Assembly (NCBI GenBank): GCA_965215185.1
Contig: OZ244034.1
Span: forward strand, 2,624,001-2,688,000
Origin: Acidimicrobiia bacterium
GTDB taxonomy: Bacteria; Actinomycetota; Acidimicrobiia; Spongiisociales; ZC4RG35
DNA length: 64,000 nt
Reading direction: 5' to 3'
Below are positions 20,432-30,020 of the stretch, in pieces (position 1 is the first letter of the stretch; each line of letters opens with the position of its first letter). The position numbers were made by a program, and so were the translations under genes. The notes below the pieces were generated by a model. It had not been told where the DNA came from and made no database searches. It saw nothing but the letters and a program-made list of their open reading frames with translations.

Positions 20432-21457
20432 TCAATCCGGCGACTCGAACAACTCAACCTGCTGGGTCTGCCCAGTGAGCATGGCCCGCTCGATCAGCCG
20501 ACTCACGACGACCGAGATCGTCCCGTCCCTCAGTCCCGGGTTAGGATGATCACCGTCCAACACAGCTCGGGCGAAGCGATCGACAAGCTGGTCCATTCCC
20601 ACCGCGAACGGGTCCTCAACGTCGTCGACGAAGTGAACTGTTTCCGATACCGAGTTGTCGTGCAGGATCAGCCTACGCCCGTGGTCGAATACAGTGGCAT
20701 TCACTCCCCGACCAGCGGACTGGAATGACCATACCGACAGGAGCCCACTTTTGCCCGCGGTTCCGTGAACCACCGAAGCGATTGCCCCATTTTCGAAGAG
20801 AATCGTTGCCACCGTGTTATCCGGGTCCGAGAGGCCTTCGATGGCGAGGGCGCCGCCTTCTGCTCCGATTCGAACCGGTTCGCTTCTTGAGAGGAACCGC
20901 ACCACGTCGACGGAGTGGACCAACGAGCTCATCAGTCTCCCACCGCTCAAAGACCGGTCATTGACCCAGCCAGCGGTCTCCTGCTGCAGGTCGTAAAGAG
21001 TGTGAGCAGTCAGGACAATCGGATCGGGAACTGCGCGTCGGGCCCGCCGGATCGCCGGGGCGAATCTGAACTTGAAGCCCACCATGAGCGTGACTCCTGA
21101 ACGCGCAACAGCCTCTTCGATCCTCATGCAGTCATCAACGGAGGTTGCCATCGGTTTTTCCACAAGAATGTGCTTGCCTGCCTCAGCTGCCCCAATAGCG
21201 ATCTCCGCGTGGGTATGGGTAGTGGTTGCGATCACCACGCCGTCGATGTCAGGCCTCGCCATGACGCTCTTCCAGTTCGGCGACCATTCGTCGACTCCGG
21301 TTGCTTCGGACAGAGAAGCGGCGCGTCCGATGTTCCTGTCACAGCACACGACAAGATCCGCGTGAGGCGACCTAAAGGCGGCCTGAGCGTGGTAGGCCCC
21401 CTGGAAGCCACAACCGATCAACGCCAACCGAGCCTTGCCCGGCAGGGTGGCTTTCAT
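20432..21457 (-). CDS. Gfo/Idh/MocA oxidoreductase
   Basis: IGCG, KHILVEKP, GGRL...HSVD. Confidence 0.92.
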   Translation of the reverse strand: MKATLPGKARLALIGCGFQGAYHAQAAFRSPHADLVVCCDRNIGRAASLSEATGVDEWSPNWKSVMARPDIDGVVIATTTHTHAEIAIGAAEAGKHILVEKPMATSVDDCMRIEEAVARSGVTLMVGFKFRFAPAIRRARRAVPDPIVLTAHTLYDLQQETAGWVNDRSLSGGRLMSSLVHSVDVVRFLSRSEPVRIGAEGGALAIEGLSDPDNTVATILFENGAIASVVHGTAGKSGLLSVWSFQSAGRGVNATVFDHGRRLILHDNSVSETVHFVDDVEDPFAVGMDQLVDRFARAVLDGDHPNPGLRDGTISVVVSRLIERAMLTGQTQQVELFESPD

Positions 21458-22743
21458 GGAGATCTATCACCCAAGGCGCTGGATGCCTTGGAGTCCAACA
21501 CTTTCGAGTCGCTGCTGTCGGGAGCTTTTACGAGTACACCGCTTTTCCACACATGCGTGATCGAAGAGGCATCTTCGAGGACGGTGATCTTCTCCAAGGG
21601 ATTGGCTGACACCGCTATCACGTCTGCCCGAGCGCCTCTCTCGAGCACACCTTCCGATTCGGCCTGGGCGCCTACAGTGAGGGGCCCGTGTGCAGTGGCG
21701 GCCTGGATCGCCGCTCGCTGAGTCATGCCCAACTCAACGAGAAGGGAGAGTTCTCTGCCGTTGCGGCCCCACATGTCACCACTGGTGATGATGTCGGTGC
21801 CTGCTGCGATCTTTACGCCGGCCGCCAGAGCATGCTGTATGGCCTCGGCGCCCCGACGGTAAGTGATCTCCAGTTTCCGTCGGGCGAAATCAGGTAACTC
21901 CACGAGCGAGTCCTCGGACAGCAACGCTTCGCCTATGAAACGCGTCGAGACCAGGATCGTGCCGGAGTCCGCCATAGCTCGAGCACTTTCGGAGTCGAGG
22001 AAGGTCCCATGCTCAATGGTCCGAACCCCCGCCCTGACGGCCGCCATAATGCCGGCTTTGCCATGGCAGTGAGCCGCCACTACACGATCAGCCCGCCCTG
22101 CCTCCTCGACTATGGCTGCCAATTCCTCGGGAGAGAACTGCGGGTGTTCCGGCTTGTCCAGTTCGCTGACCACTCCACCGGTTGCGCATACCTTGATGAC
22201 TCTGGCGCCTTTCCTCAGCTGCCTGCGCACTCCCCTGAGACATTCCGGCACCCCATCGCAGAGTTCGAGGTCGGGCAGTGACCGGGACGACGCAACGAAG
22301 TCGAGCGGGAGGGAGTGGAGATCTCCATGCCCACCTGTCATCGAAAGCATCGCTCCCGAGCCATAGATATGGGGGCCGACCAGTATTCCTTCCTCAACGG
22401 CTGCCGCCAGATCAACTCCTAGGCCGCCGACTTCGCGAAGGCTGGTGAAGCCGGCCTTCAACGCCTGTCTGGCGTCCTCGGCGCCGCGCAAACCACGTTT
22501 GACAATTGGTTCCGTCACCAGTTCTCTGAGGTTTACCGACCTTATTCCAAAGAAATGGCAGTGGCTGTCCCAGAGGCCGGGCATGAGCACGGGCACCCTG
22601 GTCGTCTCATCTCCGGGTGGGGCGGTGGCCTGGGGCCCCGCATAGACGATTCGATCGCCCTTGATGACCAAAGACCCGTCTGTTATGGGCGCGTCCGTGC
22701 CGTGGATCAGGGTTTCGGCGTCGATTCGCTGCGAAACACCCAT
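21454..22743 (-). CDS. Metal-dependent amidohydrolase (Xaa-Pro dipeptidase-like)
   Basis: PGLWDSHCH, GGHGD, IKVCATGG, AAHCHG, IEHG, AGTD. Confidence 0.92.
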   Translation of the reverse strand: MGVSQRIDAETLIHGTDAPITDGSLVIKGDRIVYAGPQATAPPGDETTRVPVLMPGLWDSHCHFFGIRSVNLRELVTEPIVKRGLRGAEDARQALKAGFTSLREVGGLGVDLAAAVEEGILVGPHIYGSGAMLSMTGGHGDLHSLPLDFVASSRSLPDLELCDGVPECLRGVRRQLRKGARVIKVCATGGVVSELDKPEHPQFSPEELAAIVEEAGRADRVVAAHCHGKAGIMAAVRAGVRTIEHGTFLDSESARAMADSGTILVSTRFIGEALLSEDSLVELPDFARRKLEITYRRGAEAIQHALAAGVKIAAGTDIITSGDMWGRNGRELSLLVELGMTQRAAIQAATAHGPLTVGAQAESEGVLERGARADVIAVSANPLEKITVLEDASSITHVWKSGVLVKAPDSSDSKVLDSKASSALGDRSP

Positions 22744-22768
22744 CTCTAGTGGGACTCTTCCACGCTGC

Positions 22769-24373
22769 TCATGGGTCGAGCAACTTCCCGGAGCGGGATC
22801 CAGTAATCGTGTCTTGCCTAACTGCTTGCTGACCGTTCACCATGACGAATTCGATGCCCGACGGATGGCGTGCAGGAGCCTCGGGACTACTCCGGTCCCG
22901 GAGAGATTCGGAGTCGAAGACGACGATGTCGGCGAACCCACCTACTTTGATCACCCCTCGATCGGTGAGTCCCAGCGAAGACGCAGGCAGTGAGGTCATG
23001 CGCCGAACAGCCTCTTGTATCGAGAACAACCCTACGTTCCTCACGTAATGCTCGATGACCCTCGCCACGTACCCGTATGACGAGGCATTCCACACGAGAG
23101 GACAACTGTCGTCCTCACCAGCCGTGACGACACCGTCGCTCTCGATGCTGCAGTAGGGGAGCGACAGCACCCGTCGGAGGTCCTCCTCAGTGGCGTAGAT
23201 ATGCCGTATGGCGACCGAACGAAGCTGGCCTTGCGCTGCTAGCAGAATGTCACAGCAAGCATCCGAAACGCTTCGACCGGTCGCGTTTGCAATCTTGGGC
23301 AAACACATGCCTGTCAATCCCGGATCGGCCGGAGTGTCCGCGATATAGATCTCCTCGTAGCCGGCGACTCTGGCAAGGAATCCGGGCGCCGACTCGAAAT
23401 GGTTACCGATCGCCGAGCGTGCCCTCTCGGACGCCAAGCGCGCGAGCGCTTGATCCGTAGAACCCTCCAGAGCCCATCCCGGGAATAAATCGATCAAGAG
23501 CGCCGGCCCCCAAATCTCGGGGAAGGTGTCCACCCCGATCTGCTCTCCATCCACCACCGCCTCGGAAACGAGGCGGAAAGCCTCCTCGCTGGAATCCTGT
23601 GGTGCGTTCGGTCTCGATGCGAAGTGCGAGAGTTGCAGACGCGCTCCCGAACCTCGGAAGGTGCTGAGGGCCTCGGTAGTTGCCTCTGCGTGTTCTTCGG
23701 CCCGCCCACGAATATGCGTAGCGTACAGCCGTGACCGAGCGCCGACTTCGGCAACCAATGGCTTGAGCTCGTCCTGGTGGGCCCACATACCTGGCTGGTA
23801 CTCCAGTCCCGTGGACATCCCGAAGGCACCCTCATCGAGACACCGAGAGAGGAGTTCTCGCATCTGACGAAGCTCGGCCGCGTTGGGCTGCATCGCCTCC
23901 ATACCCATCACTGCGTTGCGGAGGGCCCCATGGGGCACCAGCGGCGCGACGTTGATTGCCGTCGCATGGAGTCGGGCTGCGTACTCTCCAAAACTTGACC
24001 AGTCGACTGTGACATTCCACTCTGGTGAGTATCCGAACGCAACTGTGCCCACTTGGTCCCGGTGGCGCAAGGGAGCTACTCCTCCACCGCAGTTACCCGT
24101 CGCGATGGTGGTGATGCCCTGTCGGAGAGCACTGTCTGCCGACGGGTAGGCCAGAAGCGTGAAGTCGGCATGAGAGTGCAGGTCGATGAAACCTGGACAG
24201 ACGGTCATTCCTTTAAGCTGGACAACGCGGACCCCTTCCGAGACCGGCAAGTGAGGGCCGAGCGCTACGATTCGCTCCCCCTCAATTAATACATCTTGGA
24301 CCAGTGGTGCAACTCCGGTTCCGTCCACGACCATGCCGCCTTTCAGCAGCCATCGTTCAGTCACGGTTCGCAT
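22769..24373 (-). CDS. N-acyl-D-amino-acid deacylase (D-aminoacylase family)
   Basis: PGFIDLHSH, GNCG, STGLEY, THIR, LSH, ADIVVFD. Confidence 0.9.
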   Translation of the reverse strand: MRTVTERWLLKGGMVVDGTGVAPLVQDVLIEGERIVALGPHLPVSEGVRVVQLKGMTVCPGFIDLHSHADFTLLAYPSADSALRQGITTIATGNCGGGVAPLRHRDQVGTVAFGYSPEWNVTVDWSSFGEYAARLHATAINVAPLVPHGALRNAVMGMEAMQPNAAELRQMRELLSRCLDEGAFGMSTGLEYQPGMWAHQDELKPLVAEVGARSRLYATHIRGRAEEHAEATTEALSTFRGSGARLQLSHFASRPNAPQDSSEEAFRLVSEAVVDGEQIGVDTFPEIWGPALLIDLFPGWALEGSTDQALARLASERARSAIGNHFESAPGFLARVAGYEEIYIADTPADPGLTGMCLPKIANATGRSVSDACCDILLAAQGQLRSVAIRHIYATEEDLRRVLSLPYCSIESDGVVTAGEDDSCPLVWNASSYGYVARVIEHYVRNVGLFSIQEAVRRMTSLPASSLGLTDRGVIKVGGFADIVVFDSESLRDRSSPEAPARHPSGIEFVMVNGQQAVRQDTITGSRSGKLLDP

Positions 24374-25409
24374 CCTCGCGGAACTCGAAGGCTTTGATGA
24401 TCTCTTGCTCCGATGACCAGTTGCCGGTGATCAGAAGCCCGATGCGCTCACCAGGGATCGATTCTCCAAAGCGTTCCAGTGCCGCGATTGGTGAAGCTGC
24501 GGCACCCTCCAGCGCCATCCCTGTGCAGAAGAGTGCCAGCGCCATAGCTCGGTAAAGGTCATCTTCCTGGACGAGTGCGATCGTATCGAGGTACTCGATC
24601 ATCACTGCCAGGGCCAACTCTCCGGGACGCGTAGTAGCCAGGCCGCCAGCGAACGTCAGACACTCGGACTCGACTATCTCTCCACCGAGCCAGCTCTGGG
24701 TTGCTCCACTGGCTGCCGTCGATTGCACACCAATAATCCCGGTTTTTGATCGGCGAAGCTCGCAGGCCAGCAATGACCCTGCGATCAGATTGCCACCTCC
24801 GATGGGCGCGATAACAGTGTCCAGATCGGAGTCGGATTCGAGAATCTCCAAGAGCACTGTTGAAGCTCCTGCCATCAGGTCGCCACTTTCACCATCCTCA
24901 ATGTATGAAATGCCATTGCCCGCGATTCCAGCAGCGGCCTGTTGGGCTTGCCCGAGGTGTTCACCTTCGATGCGAATCTCGGCCCCGAGACCGCGCATCG
25001 CTTGGAGCTTCTCCTTAGCGGTGCCTTCCGGTGCATAGACCACTGTCTTGAGACCGTAAAGAGAGGCGGCGAACGCGACACCCTGTCCGTGATTGCCCGT
25101 CGAAGCTGTTACTACCGTGTGAGCTCCCGATTCCTCGGATATCCGACGGAGGGCAACGAGGGCTCCCCGGTGCTTGAACGAGCGGATGGGGGAAGCAAAC
25201 TCGAGCTTCATGTAGATCTGGCGACCGTAGCGAGCAGAAAGCGACTGTGATAGCACAAGGGGAGTGGGCCGCTGGTGACTGCCAATCACCATCTCGGCAA
25301 CTCTCAACTCTTCCGGCTGTGGAACCGGGGAGTCGGGCCACGTTCTGGAGATCGGCCGTCTGTGATAGGTACCAGGACCACGATTCTTCGATGACGGTCC
25401 CATGCTCAC
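24357..25409 (-). CDS. PLP-dependent threonine/serine dehydratase family
   Basis: SFKHRGA, STGNHGQG, PIGGGNL, TGN; start uncertain. Confidence 0.88.
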   Translation of the reverse strand: MSMGPSSKNRGPGTYHRRPISRTWPDSPVPQPEELRVAEMVIGSHQRPTPLVLSQSLSARYGRQIYMKLEFASPIRSFKHRGALVALRRISEESGAHTVVTASTGNHGQGVAFAASLYGLKTVVYAPEGTAKEKLQAMRGLGAEIRIEGEHLGQAQQAAAGIAGNGISYIEDGESGDLMAGASTVLLEILESDSDLDTVIAPIGGGNLIAGSLLACELRRSKTGIIGVQSTAASGATQSWLGGEIVESECLTFAGGLATTRPGELALAVMIEYLDTIALVQEDDLYRAMALALFCTGMALEGAAASPIAALERFGESIPGERIGLLITGNWSSEQEIIKAFEFREDANRD

Positions 25410-26632
25410 CGGCGCGTGGCGGCTAGGACGGACAGGACGTGGTCGATGTCGGCGGTGGTGTGGTCGGCGTTGACTTGGAGGCGGATTTCTTCGTGGCCTC
25501 TGGGTACTACGGGATAGGTGAGGCCGGTTGCCAGGACGCCACTGTTAAAGAGGGCCGTGACCATTCGGCGGGTCTGGTTGGTGTCGCGTAGCATGAGGGG
25601 GACGATGGGGTGCTCACCGGGTATGATCTGGTATCCCAGCGCTACCAGGTTGGACTCGAGCCGGCGAGTGAGGTGTCTCAGCTGGCCTAGGAGCGTCTGC
25701 CCTTCGGGACTGTCCAGTATTCGTAGGGCGGTAAGGGCGGCGCTTGCTTCGGCGGCGGTGATCGGGTTGGAGTAGATGTAGAAGGGGGAGGTCTCCCGCA
25801 GGAAACGGATGACCGTGCTTGCAGAGACCACGTATCCTCCGTTGACTGCCAGGGCCTTTCCCAGGGTGCCGATGAGTATGTCGGCGGGCGGGCTGCCCGT
25901 GTGTTCTTCGGTGCCCCGGCCGGTGGGGCCGAAGGCGCCCACTCCGTGCGAGTCGTCTACGACCACCACCACGTTTTCGGGGAAGCTGTGATCGTGGCGA
26001 CGGGCGATGTCCATGATCTGGTCCAGTGGAGCGTGGTCTCCGCGCATGGAGAAGATGCCGTCGGTCACGACTATCGCCCGTTTTGCCCGCCCGGCCGCCT
26101 CGGCAAGTTGATGATCAAGAGCCGCCATGTCCAGATGCGGGTAGACGGACTTGCTTAGAGGCCGGGCGAGGCGGATGGCGTTGATTATGGAGTTGTGGTT
26201 GAGTTCGTCGGAGATCACTGTGGTGGTCGGGTCGATGAGGGAAACCAGGGTTCCTAGCACGGCGGCGTAGGCGGAGGAGAAGATCATCCCTTCCTCTCGC
26301 CCGTGGAAGGCGGCCAAGCCATGCTCCAGTTTCACATGGGGAGTGTGGGTCCCCACGATGAACCGCACCCCTCCGGGTCCGGTTCCCATCGCCCGGGCGG
26401 TGACCTGTTGAGCCCGGATCACTTCGGGATGCAACGCCAACCCCAGGTAGGAGTTGGAGTTCATCCGGATGAAAGCACGGTTCCCGTGGCCCTCAAGCAA
26501 GTATCTGGGGCCTCGCTCCCTCTCGGGACCGACGACCTGTCTTACCACCAGTTCCCCGCCCTTGGCCATCCCCTGTTCATCAAGGCGGGTGACATGGCGG
26601 TCAAGTTCATCGATCAATCGGTCCAGCGGCAT
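25406..26632 (-). CDS. Glycine C-acetyltransferase / alpha-oxoamine synthase (Kbl-like)
   Basis: NSYLGL, DELNHNSII, DGIFSMRG, DDSHG, GTLGKA. Confidence 0.88.
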   Translation of the reverse strand: MPLDRLIDELDRHVTRLDEQGMAKGGELVVRQVVGPERERGPRYLLEGHGNRAFIRMNSNSYLGLALHPEVIRAQQVTARAMGTGPGGVRFIVGTHTPHVKLEHGLAAFHGREEGMIFSSAYAAVLGTLVSLIDPTTTVISDELNHNSIINAIRLARPLSKSVYPHLDMAALDHQLAEAAGRAKRAIVVTDGIFSMRGDHAPLDQIMDIARRHDHSFPENVVVVVDDSHGVGAFGPTGRGTEEHTGSPPADILIGTLGKALAVNGGYVVSASTVIRFLRETSPFYIYSNPITAAEASAALTALRILDSPEGQTLLGQLRHLTRRLESNLVALGYQIIPGEHPIVPLMLRDTNQTRRMVTALFNSGVLATGLTYPVVPRGHEEIRLQVNADHTTADIDHVLSVLAATRR

Positions 26633-26736
26633 TCAAAGCCTCGTGGTAGTAAACCCTTTCAAATGTTATAGGCGTTGGCCGAAAATTCCGGGCCTCCAAA
26701 AAACGTGTATCGCGCCTGTATCTTGGCTTCCGTGCC

Positions 26737-26842
26737 TGGGATTGTCTTCTCAGAAGCCCTGGGCGATGCACCATTTCATGACCGCGGCGGTGCGCTGTTT
26801 GACACGGTGGGCGGTTTCAGGTTCTGGTGCCAGATAGGGGTG
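26737..26842 (-). pseudogene. Internal fragment of a second P4-type integrase
   Basis: ETAHRVKQRTAAVMKWCIAQGF*EDNP, matching 28222-28325; in-frame stop. Confidence 0.85.
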
Positions 26843-27070
26843 GGAAACGGCTCTAACGCTCGGCCCAATAGGGCAACTGCTACCACTACGCGATGTCCTG
26901 GAAATCACAAGCCTCAAGAAATCGCAACTGTACCGGCTAATGGCAGCTGGGGAGTTCCCAAAACCGCCCAAGATAGGATTCCGAACAGTCCGCTGGACTC
27001 TCGATTCGATCCTGGCCTGGGTCGAGAATCTGCCAGAGGCAACTTACACCAGCCCACCAGAAGACGAGGA
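26841..27070 (+). pseudogene. AlpA-family HTH regulator / recombination directionality factor, start apparently lost
   Basis: LLPLRDVLEITSLKKSQLYRLMAAGEFPKPPKIGFRTVRWTLDSILAWV; no in-frame start upstream of the HTH; frame stays open to 27356. Confidence 0.72.
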
Positions 27071-27557
27071 ACCGACACCCCACGGGACGAGACCAATGGT
27101 GTCTAACCACACGCCAGCCGACCAAAACCAGCGCCCTCCAAACCGGATAGTGCCCACCTCCTGCAAGAGAGAAAGAACCTGCCCCCACCCGCACCGCTCC
27201 AGCACTGAAGTGCAGGGCGGCCTCTGTGTCCGGTCGTGTCACGTTAGTTGGCCGACTGGTGTCATTAGTGCCTTGCCTGTCGTTTTGCGACTCCCATACG
27301 GTTTGAAACATCATCAACACCGTGTTCATCTCCCCAATGGCTACTGCCCACTTTGACGGTTTGTCTTTTGTCGCTCTGATCATTTTGCCAAATTGAGTCG
27401 CCCCGGTTTTGTAGAGGGTTGGTTGTGAACAGCCCTGGGTGTCGAAGCTGTTAGGAAGAGTCGCCTTTTAGCGATCCCGATGACCCAACCTCTTTTGTTC
27501 CTTGACACAGCATCATCCTTGGGAGGCCGATTACCCGCGAGGGTGTTCCACGGCCTT

Positions 27558-28769
27558 CTACAACGTGCTACCAATCGAGCTGTCTGTCCCAATCGGTGCC
27601 ATGAAAAGGATTGAGGCTTCGCGGATGTTTAGGTAGCGGCTCCAGTTTTCCATCAGTTGGCGGCGTCTTTCCAGTAGGTCGGTTCGAGCGTAGGCTTTTT
27701 CTACAGCGTTTCGGATTTCGTGACCGAGGGCCCGTTCCGCGACTTCACGGCTAACACCGGTTTCTCCGCACCAGTCCCGAAACGAGCTTCTCATCCCGTG
27801 TGGCACACAACCCACATTGTTCTCTTTGCACAGTTTGCTCATAGTGGCGTTACTAGGCGGCCGTCCGGTAGGCGAGGGAAAAACCAGGCCATCCCCGCCG
27901 GACAGTTGGTGTGCGGTGTGGAGAACCGCCAGAGCCCCGCTGCTCAAAGGCACCCGGTGTATTTGCTGTGTTTTGGTGTGCTCGGCAGGGATTGTCCAGG
28001 TTGCTGTGGTGAGATCAATTTCTGTCCATGTGGCGTGTCTGACTTCACCGCTTCTGGTGGCGGTAAGGGTCAGGAATTTGAAAGCGGCGATCGTCGCCCA
28101 ATGGGCATCTGTTGTTTCGACGGTTCGAATGGCTGCGCCGACCTGGCTGTGGGGTAGGGCCTTCATGTGTTGGGGTCGTTGGGTGTTGGAACCTAGGGCG
28201 GCGGTGATACGGTCGTCGGCTGGGTTGTTCTCTCGGAACCCCTGGGCGATGCACCATTTCATCACCGCGGCGATCCGCTGTTTCACCCGGCGGGCCGTTT
28301 CGGGTTTTGGGTGCCATATGGGGGTGAGACAAGCCATGACGTTGGCGGTCGTGATTAGGTCCACCCGCCTTTTCCCAAGGTGAGGATAGGCATAGGTGTG
28401 GAGGGTTGACCGCCAGTGCTCTTCGGACCTGCCACCCGGTTTCCACTTGGCGGCGTGAAGCCGGATTACCTGTTCGGTCGCCTGGCGAAAGGTAGGTGCC
28501 TTGCGGGGGCGGGGGTTGCGGCCTTCTGCGATGGCTTGTCGGTTCCGGAGAGCCCGCCGGCGGGCTTCGGCGAGGGTGACTGCCGGGTAGCTACCCAGCC
28601 CCAGGTTGGTGTATCTGCCGTTGATCTGGTTTCGTTGCGCCCAGGTTTTGGAGAGTCGCCCCTGGATGTTGGTTGGTTTGACCAACAGGCTCAGTCCATG
28701 GCCGCCTCGGCCGTTGCCATAGCGTCCGGGTTGGGTCACTGTCCTAACGAAAGATGCTGTGAGTGTTGG
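27558..28769 (-). pseudogene. P4-like tyrosine integrase; first four codons (30040-30051) displaced by IS110
   Basis: Arm-binding N-domain (GRYGNGRGGHGLSLLV..LGLGSYPAVTLAEAR), R (TRSGE), HGMR, LGH, Y (AYAR). Confidence 0.9.
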
Positions 28770-28776
28770 TGAGCTC

Positions 28777-29805
28777 CTATGTCAAAATCGGGGTTGGTTT
28801 TGGTGGTTGGAGGTGGGTCCAGATGCGGTCTGAGATTCGGCGTTTGAGGACGCGTATGGCGTCTCTGTGGGTCTTTCCTCGGGTGATGAGTTTCTGGTAG
28901 TAGCGGCGGCCTTCGCTGTCTGCGCGGGCGATCTGGGTCAAAGCGGCGGTGTGGATGGCCCGGTTTAGTTGGCGGTTCCCACCCCGGTTGAGTCGATGGC
29001 GTACTACTCGTCCGCTGCTGGCTTCGATGGGTGCGGTGCCGTTGGCCATGGCGAACTTGTCTTTGGTCGCATAGCGGTGTGGGTTGCCCACCTCCGAAAG
29101 GATGGTGGCAGCGACCAGTACACCCACCCCGTGAATGTCTAGTAGACGGGTTTCGGATTGGTCGACCAGTGTTTTGATCTCGGCGGTGAGTTGTTTGATC
29201 TCGGTGTCCAGTTGTCGCAGTCTTCGGATGCGTTGTTTGGCTACCCGCCCGTGGGGGGTGGTGTCCCGCCAACACAGTTTCATGGCCTGGTCGAGGGCTT
29301 TTCGGGTGGTGAGCCGGGGAATGTTCTGGTGGTAGCCTGGTCGGAGTTTCCCCAGGTCGGCGTGGAGCCGGTTGGCCTGGGCGGTGCGGTCTTCTACCAG
29401 TTCACGGCGGTATGAGACCAGCACACGGAGGTCTTCGGTGTCCTCCCAAAACGTCGGCGGGGCGAGCGTGTTGTCTCGGAGAGCGACCCTGGCGATCACC
29501 CAAGCGTCGACCTGGTCGGTTTTGGTCTGGGTACGGCCCCGGCGCCGGACCTGGGCGGTCAGCTGCGGTGGAACCTCCCGGATGTCCAGACCAGCGGCCA
29601 TAGCGGCGACCGCGGCTGGGCGGCCGAACGTGCCGGACCCCTCGACCGCTACCCTGGCGGCGTTGGTGGTGTGAGCCCAATCTATGAGTTGACGGTGACC
29701 AGTAGGGGTGTTAGCGATGGTCCGGTACTCCAGGGCGGTGCCCAGGTGGTCTACCAAACAGGCAGAAAGGGTATCCTTGTGCGAGTCGATCCCGATAACG
29801 AACAT
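28777..29805 (-). CDS. IS110-family transposase / bridge recombinase
   Basis: DEDD RuvC (GIDSHK, VEG, KTDQVDA), PIEASSG catalytic Ser, GNRQLNRA; GGAGG RBS. Confidence 0.96.
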   Translation of the reverse strand: MFVIGIDSHKDTLSACLVDHLGTALEYRTIANTPTGHRQLIDWAHTTNAARVAVEGSGTFGRPAAVAAMAAGLDIREVPPQLTAQVRRRGRTQTKTDQVDAWVIARVALRDNTLAPPTFWEDTEDLRVLVSYRRELVEDRTAQANRLHADLGKLRPGYHQNIPRLTTRKALDQAMKLCWRDTTPHGRVAKQRIRRLRQLDTEIKQLTAEIKTLVDQSETRLLDIHGVGVLVAATILSEVGNPHRYATKDKFAMANGTAPIEASSGRVVRHRLNRGGNRQLNRAIHTAALTQIARADSEGRRYYQKLITRGKTHRDAIRVLKRRISDRIWTHLQPPKPTPILT

Positions 29806-29819
29806 GGTTCAATCCTCCA

Positions 29820-30020
29820 ATTTCGGGGGTTTGCGGGAGCGGCAGAAGGCTCGGCGAAGCGCATCCATGCGTCGAAACAACACCCCCACAGGGGGCAGAT
29901 ACAAGTCACGCTCCTATCAAGCGACAACACCGAGCGGGCAACCGGTGGGGAGACACTCACTAACTAAGCCACCACAATGGGGCAGGGTCGTTTGGAGTCA
30001 TCCCCACCGGCACTGCCACA
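29820..30020 (-). ncRNA. Putative IS110 bridge RNA
   Basis: Guides AAACGACC and GTTAGTG inside a 10-bp stem match the target flanks; ATAGGAGC and ACGCATG match the element ends; RNA boundaries approximate. Confidence 0.82.

Noticed and set aside
26937-27592. Minus-strand ORFs downstream of the integrase
   Set aside because: No recognisable motifs; overlap the AlpA remnant; probably decayed sequence
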